Below, piece by piece: positions 1 through 10,837 of a DNA stretch of 28,095 nt (positions are counted from its first letter, which is position 1; each line of letters opens with the position of its first letter). The stretch lies in NCBI GenBank assembly GCA_000934665.2, contig JYFJ02000166.1, positions 186,001 to 214,095 on the forward strand. The letters are read 5' to 3'. Under the pieces are notes generated by a model. That model was given only the letters and a program-made list of their open reading frames with translations, ran no database searches and was not told the origin of the DNA. The translations under genes and the position numbers were made by a program. This DNA is from Catajapyx aquilonaris (Eukaryota).

Positions 1-911
1 GCTAGTGTCCTGCTCATTTTCGCGGTCTTTAATCTGCTGATGGGAGTGAACAGTACGACTCCAGCCTTTCAAGCAGTTTTTCCGCCTCCAGAAATGATTT
101 TGACCCCGACCATTGTGCGCACACAACCTGCTGCGAGATATGTCAAACGGGTCCGGCTCCTTTTATCCCGGTCGCGGATAGAAGAAGGTTAAGAAAAAAG
201 CAACCTCACCCGCAGAGTGGAAGAAAATATCCGGAAACGATTTCATTCCGGAGGAAGAGAAGCGTCTCTCTGGAGGAGGGGGGGAAACAAGCTTGTTTCC
301 AAGCTTGGCCTCTCTTTTCCTTCCTGTCCCGGACCTTCAACCATCTTTTTTTCTTCCTTTTTTTCTTTTGGGCAGACCTTCCCCATTTGGAACCGTACGG
401 TGAGAAGAGAGGAAAAACCAAATTTGATTTAGGAGGTCTACAAACCTAGTGGTGGGTGGGTGGGTGCCAAGGTTTGTTTCCTCTCGCCTTCTGCCTCTCC
501 CCTCACAGTTCTCTCTCTCTCCTTCCTCGGGATTCCAGCGCGAAAAAAGGGTAGGACCTCGTGCTCGGAATGGTGGAAAATCCTTTTGGGATGCAGAAGA
601 GAGGACGGGCCGAGGAAACGGCGTGCGGACGACGATTCAACAAAAGCGCTGGGGTTACGGACCATGGGGTGCAGCCTTCAACTGTACGACTGGGGGGGGG
701 GGGGGGGTGCAATCATCACCAAGCAGCTCCTGGTGAACACTGTACCCAGCAGCTTTATCCTTGCTGTTCGACCGACCCGCCACACAAAAGAGGTTTGCAG
801 GTTTGCTCTGAACTGTCAGGATAAACATTTCTGTCAACGTACAGTACACACGTGCGGATCAGCCTGAGACCTGCCAACTGATAAGTACTTCGTTTTAAAA
901 AGGGCGGAAGT

Positions 912-1000
912 AAGGGCTCAGCGTCAAAACTCCTAAGAAATTCACGAGCCGGCTTTCCCCCCCCCTTGAAGATGTCAAAAAAAGTTTGTGGCGAGCCCTG
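912..1000. mobile_element. Possible decayed hAT-like mini-element
   Basis: Imperfect inverted repeats aagggctcagcgtcaaaac and gtttgtggcgagccctg (reverse complement cagggctcgccacaaac). No 8-bp TSD. Confidence 0.2.
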
Positions 1001-2891
1001 CTTGTCATTAAGTCTTTTGAAAACCTAGGGCCGCCCAGGGGTTGGCCTGCGAGTGAACGTCACACTTGGCTTGTTCAGGGCCGGCCGGCAGTCACGGATG
1101 TCCAATTTCCGCTCTCGTTCAGCTGCAAGGCGAATTTACATCAAAGCACGCGCCTTTTAGCAGCAGAGACCCACCAAAAGACTGGTCCTATAGCAGCAGC
1201 AACCTGGATCGAAGGCTGCTGCTGCATCAGAGGAGGAGGAGGAGAACAAGAGAAGTCTCCCCTCATCACATCTTATCGTTTGCATGCTTCTTCGGACACG
1301 AGCTGCCCCATCCCTCAACATCCCCTTCTCCAGAAGAAGGACCGTAGGAAATGACCCTTTGGATGTATTCGATACCGCCAGAAATGGCGAACATCTTGTC
1401 ACTGACGGTACCTTGTATATAAAAGGGAGGGGGAAGGAACAAAAGAAAGTTTTGAACGAAAGTGTTTCATGCCGAATCGATCCATATCGGAAAAACGTGG
1501 CCTGGTGTACTGGAGGAAAGCTCCGGTAAGACAAGACGTGCCCTTTTGAGCAAGGCAAGGGACTTGATTGGCGGCGGTCAGTTTCAAAATACATCCCGCT
1601 CCGAAAGTTTCAAAACCACCTGCCATACATATATCCATCCGAGAGCTGCTCTTTCACGGTGGCTACCAGGGCGTTTCCCTGCAGAGTGAGTTATATCTAA
1701 TTTCAGCTAGACGGTGTGCATAAAGTGGGAGGCGGCCGTATAGGTATGGAGGAGCTCTTTTTACGAGCTTTCAGGTGCGGGGGAGTTAGGGAAAAGCCTT
1801 CTATATCTATTCACTGGATGTGGAGGAGAGGTTGGGAGGAAAGGGCGGGAGGGACATGCTGCCCGCCTTGGCACCAGTCCAGAGCTCATTAGTTGCCCGG
1901 AATGGTGAGCTGGGTGTGACTACCCCCCCACCCCCAACTCGTCACACCCCAATCCCCTTTTCCTCTAACCCCTTCAGCACAAAAGGTAACTCCGGGGAAG
2001 CTCCAGATCAATCCGCTTACTCGGCTCTTATTGAAAGGGGACCTCCGCCTAATCACAACCGTTACTCTTGTCCGACACGACTGATTCACATCCATCGACT
2101 GTCCATGTACCTTCTGCAAACAGATAATTCCCCATAACAGCCTGCAAATAATCTTATGAAACGACCTATGCAATAGCAACAAAAGACGCCTCCAATTCTT
2201 CTAAAAAAAAGAGTGAGAGAGGGAAAAAAAAGTTACGATCTGGCCAACTCGGCCTCAAATCCCAAAAGCTATAAAGCCGCGATTGCTGCTTTCCCCGGGA
2301 CGGCTCCTGAATCAGTGGAGCCAATTCCGAGGCGTTGGATTTTTAGGACATTGAGGGCCAAATAATGACCGCGTGCTGAGTCCGATTCCCAGACGCGCTT
2401 CTTTTAGTGCATGGATCCTTCCCTTCCCCAGCATCCAATTAGGGGGCGTCTGCAACGCATCCCTCGAGGAGGATCATCCCTTCATTGAAATGTAAAGGCG
2501 CATCTCTCTCTCCCCAAACCGACGCTTTCTTCTTCTTCTTTTTTTAAAACCAGAGACACCTATCCTCCCCACACACCAGACAAACACTCGGATCTCTTGA
2601 TGGAAGGGGCAAAAGTTGCTTTCCCGGAGAATTTTATTGGCTTCGTCTCTGTTTCCTTCCTGCCTTTCTTTCCTTTCGGTTCCTTTAACAGGAAGGGTAG
2701 CTCGTTCCTTGGAGGAAGCGAATTAATCTGGGCGCCCATATCATCCCAGAGTGTGATTCGTGCCAAGATTCGCTAACCCGGTTTTTTTTTTTTTTTGTGT
2801 GGACTGTCCGTCACGTTCGATGCAATGAACTTCGGGTTGCCTTTCTCCAGAGGCCTCCTGGTTCACGGTTCCAAATGCACAACAGAGTCTC

Positions 2892-3340
2892 TTATTAATT
2901 TGTGTTGTAATAAACTAATTTATTTTCATGTCATGTATTTATGAAATATTGTACCCTATTGTACTGTATTATTTGTTTGTATTTATGTTGTGTTGTAATA
3001 CACAAATTTTCTATTTATTTTCATGTTATTAAGGTTATGAAAGCATCATTTATGTATTTACAAAATAATTGTATTGTATTGTTAATTAACTTTAATTTGT
3101 GTGTTATTGGAGCGTGGTTGTTTACGGCCCAGGAAGATGTTTTTGACTATAATGCATATTATTGCACCGAATGGAGTTTATTAATTTAGCATATTAATTA
3201 GTGCATGCTTCAGCATATTTTGCTTGTTTTGATGTATAGTATGTTTCCCTGGTCAGTCCCACATGTGTTTAGTTTGTCAATTACATTACTTGCTTCCGTG
3301 TACATACTAATTTGATTTTAACTTTAATGTGCACTTCCAT
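2892..3340. repeat. AT-rich, T-biased block with degenerate tandem duplication
   Basis: tgtgttgtaata at 2901 and 2989, atttattttcatgt at 2918 and 3013, and further partial copies near 3051-3110. Composition shifts abruptly from the flanks. Confidence 0.6.
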
Positions 3341-4380
3341 TTATTGTAGAGCCCCCCTCACTCCAGATCCTGATTTTCCATTATTTTCTGTCACATATAC
3401 TGACGTCACACTGGCCTTCAACAATGACACTAACAATTAAATGCTGCTCAGTGCCCATTCCACATAACCCGACCTATAAATGACCTGTTGGATCTGAATT
3501 CATTGAAATCAAGCCCCTGAGTAATGAACCCGAGGCGAATCAGTAAAGCCAAGTGCAGCGTGTAATGGCCATTCCAACATTTATTTTCTCTTACATCGCG
3601 GCGCTCCATGCCTTTTCCTGAGCGAGAAAATTGATGGCTGCTACCTCATTAAGATTTTAATGCCGGTGTCCTCCTCGCCCAACCCCCCCTTATGCGAACA
3701 CCCCGCGAGAACAAAATATCGGAACCATCCATCCTTGTTGCCCCTAGCCTATCGCCAAGACAATTTTCTCGGATCTAATTATGGAATCCGGCAAGAAAAT
3801 GAATTGCACCCTATGGTACATCACGCAACCCGTGTTGAATAAGGCTATTTAAAAAATCGCGCTGTATATACCCGCACCTTCTACTTGACTCCTATAGTCT
3901 GGAATGGTCATCAGAGACGTGGACAATCAAATTATAGACACCAAATGAGAAAGAAATTCGATTTATTTTTTTGCTGAAGTTATAACAACCATCATCATTC
4001 TTCATTACACATGTGGCTAGTTTATTAAAAAAAAACTACCACAAAATAGTTTCGAGCACATTTTGTGAGCGGCTTTTTCTCGTCATTGTTCCTGTTTGAA
4101 TTTGCTGGGTGAGAGATTTTCGCTGTCGACTCAACATTTTTGATTGGCAATTCACTAAAATGCCATGGACTGGGGGGACCGGTCCTCATTTTGTCTAGCG
4201 AGAGTCGTTCAAATCGAGTTAGAAAAATTTTCGCTCATTTATTGCGACTCGAATATGCACTCAACGGTTTACAAGCTCAAAAACGCAGGGTTCCATCTGA
4301 AAGTCCGTCTTAATTATATCAACAACGTTGGCAGGAACCAGGTTTTAAGCTTTCAGTCGGTTAAATTAATATTTCAGCCA

Positions 4381-4595
4381 CTATATAGAATAAAATTAAA
4401 ATCATATTCATGTTGATGTTGTATGGTTACGACTTCTGATTGGTCCGCCGTATAGTGTTCGGATTGGCCTCCATTCAGCGCAGGCGCAATGAGGGTGGAA
4501 GCAGCGCCTCTGGTGGGTGGAGGAGGCTGTCTGCCGGAGGGTCTACATCGCTCCCTCCCCAACCCCGCACGCAGTGAGCAGAGGTTTTTTTCTAG
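4381..4595 (+). mobile_element. Short non-autonomous Helitron-like element (~215 bp)
   Basis: The 3' end is a decayed GC-rich hairpin (aaccccgcac-gca-gtgagcagaggtt, 4561-4586), a T-run, CTAG (4592-4595) and then T. The 5' end a|ctatatagaataaaa resembles Helitron TCTATATA..ATAAAA starts but lacks the initial T. Confidence 0.5.
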
Positions 4596-5200
4596 TATTG
4601 TTAAAATGCTTAATTAAAATCGCTAATTCGGTCGGAACATGTGAGATTACCCCGAAACTTTAATATAAAATAACACTGGCGCAGCCAACGACTTGGGATT
4701 GGGCTCGGTGTATACACACAATCCCTGTATGCAAATCAGCCGTGAGTAGGTCCAGTAATTAGGACGAACTGCAAGCCCCACTTTCCGCCTCACCAAATGT
4801 GTACCAGCTTGTAGACCCGTAAAACTTGGGTGTAGGTACAAGTCTGCAAGATAATCCGGGGAGCAGACCAGGCGTGTTTTACGATGGAAATATGTACTCG
4901 CGTAATCATTCTCGGCTGCGGTGACGCACGACGTGCAATGAGGTGGAAATTAAGCCCGTAGCGTATATCGAGTGTAATCTGGAAATGCACAGCAGCGCAC
5001 AGCACCAGGCTGCCTCTAATCCGGAACTGTGTGGACACACACTCTGACCGACCCTCTTGTAGGCATTATTGGATCCACCCACCCCTTTTTGCAAATTAGA
5101 TGTAGCTATACCGGGCACTGCTGCCAGCGGAACATAGCCCAGCACCGCCCCCCCCCCCAAAAAAAAAAGTACAAACATGTCGCCTAAGGAGTTGTCATTT

Positions 5201-5853
5201 TAGACTTTCTCTCGCTGAAAAACAGTAGAACGGCTCTGTCCGTCTGTCTGTGGACAGGTATCAGGGTCGAAACCGCTAGAGACAGCGACAAACTGTTTTC
5301 GGATTCGGAATCAGTGTATCCAAAATAGGTTCCATGGTCGACTTCCGGTGACCCACAACTTCCGGTTTTCCGGGTTCACTCTAGAGAACCTCGAGTCAGA
5401 CAGACTCCAACTTCTGACTTATTCAGGTTGTCAATGATTGGCTGGGGTAAATTTTGGACTGTTTACGTGTTCGCCATATTGCGTTTCTACGGAAATAGTG
5501 GCCTGCTCTGACGTCACGGTCGACTCCGATTGGCTGGAATGCATCCAATCGGAGTCGCCCGTGACGTCAGAGCCGGCCACTATTTCCATAGAAACACAAT
5601 ATGACGGCCTCCGTAGGACACGTAAACAGTCCAAAATTACTCCAGCCAATCAGATATGACGTGAAATCAAAAGTTGGGGACTCTCTTCCTCCAGCCTCTC
5701 TAGGAAATGAGACTGACGATCAATTAATGTCATTGTTGTCCTATTAGAATAGCATCGTGTCGTATATCGTATCGTGTTTGCCAGCCTCATTTCCCGCTGC
5801 CCAACAAGAAAAAAAGTCTACTCGAATCACTCTCGCGTGATTTGCCGAACTTT
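5201..5853 (+). mobile_element. Non-autonomous Helentron-type element (DINE-1/HINE-like)
   Basis: A T-run is followed by 5' subTIR tagactttct (5201-5210), a local partial inverted repeat and a (gtcc/gtct)n microsatellite (about 5236-5251). The 3' end has inverted subTIR aaaaagtcta (5811-5820), stem-loop tcg-aatcac/gtgatt-tgccga (5822-5848) and TTT (5851-5853). This is the established DINE-1/HINE order of parts. Confidence 0.65.
5384..5700. mobile_element. Foldback/MITE-like long palindrome nested in the HINE-like element
   Basis: Core 5435-5652 is a near-perfect inverted repeat with ~100-bp arms centred near 5539 and a 10-nt insertion (ggcctccgta) in the right arm. Weaker symmetry extends out to ctagaga/tctctag, with TA on each side (5382-5383, 5701-5702) as a possible TSD. 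Confidence 0.75.
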
Positions 5854-8268
5854 GTGTCTGTCCTGTATGTAAAAGCCATGGTATACCAAGTCCGGTGAAA
5901 TGGATGTCCCCGCGAGACTTTTCCCCATATATGACGACGACCTAATGCATTCAATTTGCCGCGACTTGGTTGCAGTCGCAACACTTCAAACGGGGCTGGT
6001 GGGTTGTCAATCCGCCGTCACATCCATCGCACGCAGAAAGGTAACCCATTACCCCCATTTACCTCACTACTACTAGCTGCCACTATCTACTGGGGAAGCT
6101 TTTGAAGGCACACAGCAGGAGCATTGATCACGCTTGCAGGAGATTGATTTTCAGAAAATGGGACGTACTGTACGTCGCTTCAACCCCTTGTTGGACCACT
6201 CGAATTTGCATGCTTTGCGTGAACACAGGTCAAAATGTGTTCCCTTTTTTTTGCGCACTGTTTATTGCAGCACAGAAGCTCGTGTGTGTGTGTGTTTGGC
6301 CAGGAGTGAATCGTTAAACGGCACAGTGACTACTGCCTGGAGTGCCTGAGGAGATCATGAATCATTGAGCATGTCTCGTGTACGGCAGACACACCTTGAC
6401 GTATTATATGCAAGGGAAGCTTGTATAACCCTGAATTTCTCTTCATTAGTGGGGGGGAGGCTTTTCTACGGGCTGACACATCAGGCAACTTGAGGGAATA
6501 TTTTATGACCGAGCCCAGAGACTCGAGGCTTGTACTGGCCCATGAAATCAATAGGCACTGATATAGTGTGTGAGCAACAACTATGCTGGGAGTGTGTGAG
6601 GATTTTTTTTTTTTTGTTGTTGGAATGTACACGAGGGGGGTAAAAGTGTAGAATCTGATACGGTCGTACTCGATTGCTCCGACACTGTTGGATCAGTTAA
6701 CTGAAGCTGAACCTGGGGTTTTTCGAGTGTACCTTTCCAAATGGATGCCGACAAGGTTTTTGTTTGCTCGTGTCATGATACGCGTGATTCGGCGGCATTT
6801 AAACCCGTGTGACGAATAGTTAGGATATGTGCCGTAAATTAAGTAATTCAATTACATTTGCAATCATCTGCCTCAACTCCTATCATCAAATGTCATTACA
6901 GCCATGTGTACACAGCCCTGCTCTTGTTAGCTTTTTCTTAAACAAACTAGTGAACCCACTGCTAAAATTTAGCAACACTTATCTTCTAATACGCTATTTC
7001 TCTTCATCGGATGTTCGTCCGACTTGTCAGAGACCGATTTAACACGTAGTACTATTCTTCACGCATAGGTGACCGCACCCTTCCCCTGCACACTTCTGCC
7101 ACTCTCAAGTCGTGCGGGTGATAGTGGCACTATCATGTCGGACAAACATCCGACGGATACAAGAAGCGATTAGAAGAAGGAATGATGATTTTCGGCACAC
7201 GTGAATGCTGAATAAATATATCTGTCTCTCTGCTACGATTATGAAGTCACAACCGCGTGTTTTAATACGTATGTCACTTCCATAAATCGTAAGCGAACTT
7301 TGACTCAAGATGTACCAAACTTTTTCATACCATTTACATAAATAGGAGCCACATATGTTGGAAAAACTTGGAGTTAAGTCATCTGTTCACTATTATGGCA
7401 TAGACCTTTTTGTGCTTCTGACTTCATACCTTGCTTCATACACAATGCGAATGAACCCTTAGGCATTTTTTGTACTTTCATTATGCAGTATTTTCAACGT
7501 GGGAAAAAGTGGGTTAAGCATAAACCAACTGCAAAAAAAACAACATCAGGATGGGGAAAAAAACCGCGCATAAATAATTGGGTGCCCGGCGCCTCTTGTG
7601 GATACTCAGCCCTTCTCCTAAATTAACCGCATGAATTTTAGTCACTTCCGACTATTCTCCTTCAGTCCTAAAAAATTCAACAAAAAATACATATACGAAT
7701 CGTATATACAACAGGCAATAAAATGACGCAGAAACAACGTGTTTGATCTCTCGTGAAAAATACATCCGGTTAGTATATACAGTCCGGTTCTGAGAGGCAG
7801 GACGTATCGGTCCCTCCGCGGTCGCTAACACATTTCGAGCACCCGTATATTAAAATCCTCCCTGTAAAATATGAGCCCCAAAACCTCCAGCGAGCAGGCC
7901 GTCCCAGTGATGTATGCCACTTGTGAGCAAACCAGCGTAAGAGAGCTGGAAGAGGACCTAACCCCACCTCCTCCATCCCCATCCAAAACCAGTCCTAGGA
8001 AGCGAAAACGTGCGACAATAACTCAAGAGGGCGAAAGAGAGAGAAAAAATCAGACCTTGAGAGCGACGGACCTCGACACCGGTAGGGATTACGGCAGAGC
8101 AGTATATCAACCCACGGCTGAAGGCGCATTTCAAAAGGTATTTATGGAGGAAAGCCAGGAGATCCGTTGTCCGTTACGTGCGCATGATAGTCCCTAACTA
8201 TTGCCCTGACAGGTCCTCCCAGAGGAAGTCTATGCCAACTGGGTAATAACGGGATTAACAGCAGCAGG

Positions 8269-8318
8269 GCAGTGTCACTCGCACTCGGACTGTGCATGCT
8301 TCGGACACTGCTAGAAAA
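8269..8318 (-). mobile_element. Rolling-circle element terminus (HINE-like 5' end on the minus strand, or Helitron-like 3' end on the plus strand)
   Basis: Hairpin gcagtgtc (8269-8276)/gacactgc (8304-8311) with an inner gcac/gtgc pair, directly abutting CTAG-AAAA. The minus strand reads TTTT-ctagcagtgtccgaagc...gtgcgagtgacactgc followed by a ctgctgctgtta..ttatta tract. The partner end is not securely found. Confidence 0.4.
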
Positions 8319-8841
8319 TATTCTGGAAATTTGCAGGCCAAAAATGGAGCATGAATTATAATTTTGACATCCAAGACAATCCGGATGGTAATTTGTATTC
8401 GCTACCACCCATCTACTTCATTCCGCAATGTCTGAGCTGGGGGGGAAATGCAAGAAAGACATTTTAGGAGAGAGAAAATGAGGGGGCTGAAAAAGGAGGG
8501 GAGATGAAACAAGGGCCCGGGGGGTGGGGGGGGGGCTCAAGAAAGGTTATTGAGAATCATTGGCGTGAGTCCAATATCAATTCTTGGCTCTCACCACTGC
8601 ATAATGGGACGCCCAAATATTTTAATTCCTCCCTTGGAAATGTCCTTCAAGTCTCATCCTGCACGTACCGCAACCCATGTGCCTCTCTTGACATGCGGGA
8701 AGTGCAGCAATCAGGGGCAAATGCAGCTTATATACTCGAACATAAATCAGAAAGTTTCTCTGCGAGTTCGTATGTATGTCCCGGCTACCTAACCCACTTC
8801 CTGGCTACTGAGAGTGCTGAAAATTGGCACACTAATTGAGA

Positions 8842-9032
8842 CAAGGGGGTTGAGGGATTTGAGTCTAAATGCTAAAAATTTGGGGCTTTTTGTTTTGCTT
8901 TGTTTTTCATGAAGTTTGGTATTCATCTGCTGCCATCACAGATGGAGCTCCTACCCTACCAAGACCACCAGTTGTTGGTTAGCAGCTATCTGACTGTAAG
9001 CTGTGATCGCGTATCAGTTATCAATCCCCTTG
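8842..9032. mobile_element. Candidate 191-bp MITE
   Basis: Terminal inverted repeats caagggggttga/tcaatccccttg (11/12 match) and a small catctg/cagatg hairpin near the midpoint. No TSD recognisable. Confidence 0.35.
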
Positions 9033-10351
9033 CTAGTTCGCTTTAAAAAAAAACGCTGTTACGAAGCCGGTACTTGTGTCGACTGTACAGTATCCTTTAT
9101 GTAAAGTACAGTGGCAGTAATAATCGTGACTGCATTATCCCACGCACGCTATAAGCCCACCACCTACTGTATCGGATCTTCCTCCCTCTACGGTGCAATG
9201 AACCAAATGAATTATTAAACAGTGGCCGGTTGCTGTTGCAGTAAACACAGGTGTATTTTTGGGTTCAGGCGGGTGCAGAACTAACATAGCGGCACAGTTT
9301 TTCATAAACCAGGCAGGCACAAATTACTCCCCGCCAGCACCCCCAATCATGTTCATCTAAACTTCCACCCCCCAAAAAAGAGCATGCAAGATGATTCTTT
9401 TGATCAGTCACGGAAACCTCTCCATGCATTTTTAGTCCAAATAAACCCCATGAAATTCAAGGGTCGATTATTACTGGAATTCCAGGCGCGGTCTTTCGGG
9501 GGGCCAGTCTTTATGACACTATTCGATTTATCCCCTGGAGCCCTTCAAAGTGATTCACATCCCTTACAGAGACGCACTCTCCTTTCTTTACTCTCCTACC
9601 TCATCTGGTGAGAAACGCCGAGAATAACGACTTTTGAGACCCATCATGCTCATTTTTCCTCGACCTCCACTCCTCACCTCAACTTTAGAGCAGCATCGTT
9701 GGGGCCGTTAAAGGGTGACAAATGAAGCCTTGGTTGCCGGGGTGACCAACCCCTCTCAAGCACGCATCAACGTCAGGGTCTTTTGCCTCAACATAACTCA
9801 AGGATTTTTTTTAAGAGGGGGAGTCTGGGGGTAGGGGGGGGGGATCTAAAATCATTTATTTATGGGGCGGTTATGTTGATGCAGCAATTTGTTTCGGGAG
9901 AGATGTGCAGGGTAGTTTGGGCGACACTTTCTTGCTATTGAAATCAGGCTAACGTGAACAGGTTCAGAAATATAAATTGGGGCGAATATAACAGAACAAT
10001 TTAAATTTGAATTTTTCTTGCACTTGTTTGGTACATTTTAACAATTTAAATAGCGGTGTTAAATCCGCTAATTTGCTGAAAATCCGAATGTAATCTACAA
10101 GTAATCAGAAACCGAAAAATGACAGTTTTGCAAAACTTTGCACGATTACACCCATGCGTAATCGACCCTACAAATCTAACGAGTAAAAAATTGCGCCATA
10201 AAATAAATATTTACCATTCCGCAAATTATTAGCGCGACGCACTAATTGCAGTGCATAACAAACGGAACAAAAATCCCCATAAATACATGTCCATGTTTAA
10301 TGCAACATTGTCGAGCAACGAGGGGGAGTAATTACCAGAAATGCAGCATCG

Positions 10352-10379
10352 CCCCCCCCCCCCCCCCNCCCCCCCCCCC
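10352..10379. repeat. Poly-C tract containing an N (length unresolved)
   Basis: C-run with n at 10368. Similar G-runs occur at 692-707 and 25283-25295 (n at 25292). Confidence 0.9.
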
Positions 10380-10617
10380 ATTGCAAACTAAAACTCGTTG
10401 CAATTAACAGGGTCTTTAGCACAAAATTTTAGTGCGGTCATTATGCTCTCAGCAGGTCTGGCCAAAAACCTCCGCGTAATAAAAAATGGCTCGCATAGTT
10501 CTAGCTCTTTAAAAAAAAACGGAAGAAAATTCTGCTGATAATACCATTGTGCTTTTTCTCACAGCCAGATGCCTGCAGAGAGCTCCAACTTTGTGGCGGC
10601 CTAATAATAATTTAAAA

Positions 10618-10638
10618 GAAGAAGAAGAAGAAGACGAA
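10618..10638. repeat. (GAA)n microsatellite
   Basis: gaagaagaagaagaagacgaa. Confidence 0.85.
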
Positions 10639-10807
10639 GGGCAGAGATCCTCTGGCGGAGGTCTGAATGACGATTACGGGTTGATGCTGAACCATTTGAA
10701 TTGGAAAGAGGGGTGACTGGATCCAAAATGTGCCAATGCTAATGGACACGACATCACATTTCGATTAGAACACCGCAAAAGGACGTTCAACCCGACCAGC
10801 AATGGGT

Positions 10808-10837
10808 TCTCTCTCTCTTTTTGTGTGTGTGTGTGTG
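10808..10837. repeat. Compound (TC)n/(TG)n microsatellite
   Basis: tctctctctc-tttt-tgtgtgtgtgtgtgtg. Confidence 0.85.

Noticed and set aside
2941..3189. Hydrophobic Cys/Tyr-rich 82-aa ORF
   Set aside because: The amino-acid bias simply reflects T-rich low-complexity DNA.
5431..5659. Two similar ORFs on opposite strands (MAGVILDC.../MAGVNFGL...)
   Set aside because: A by-product of the DNA palindrome, not a gene pair.
6628..6650. Mariner-like terminus cgaggggggtaaaagt
   Set aside because: No partner TIR or transposase remnant found.
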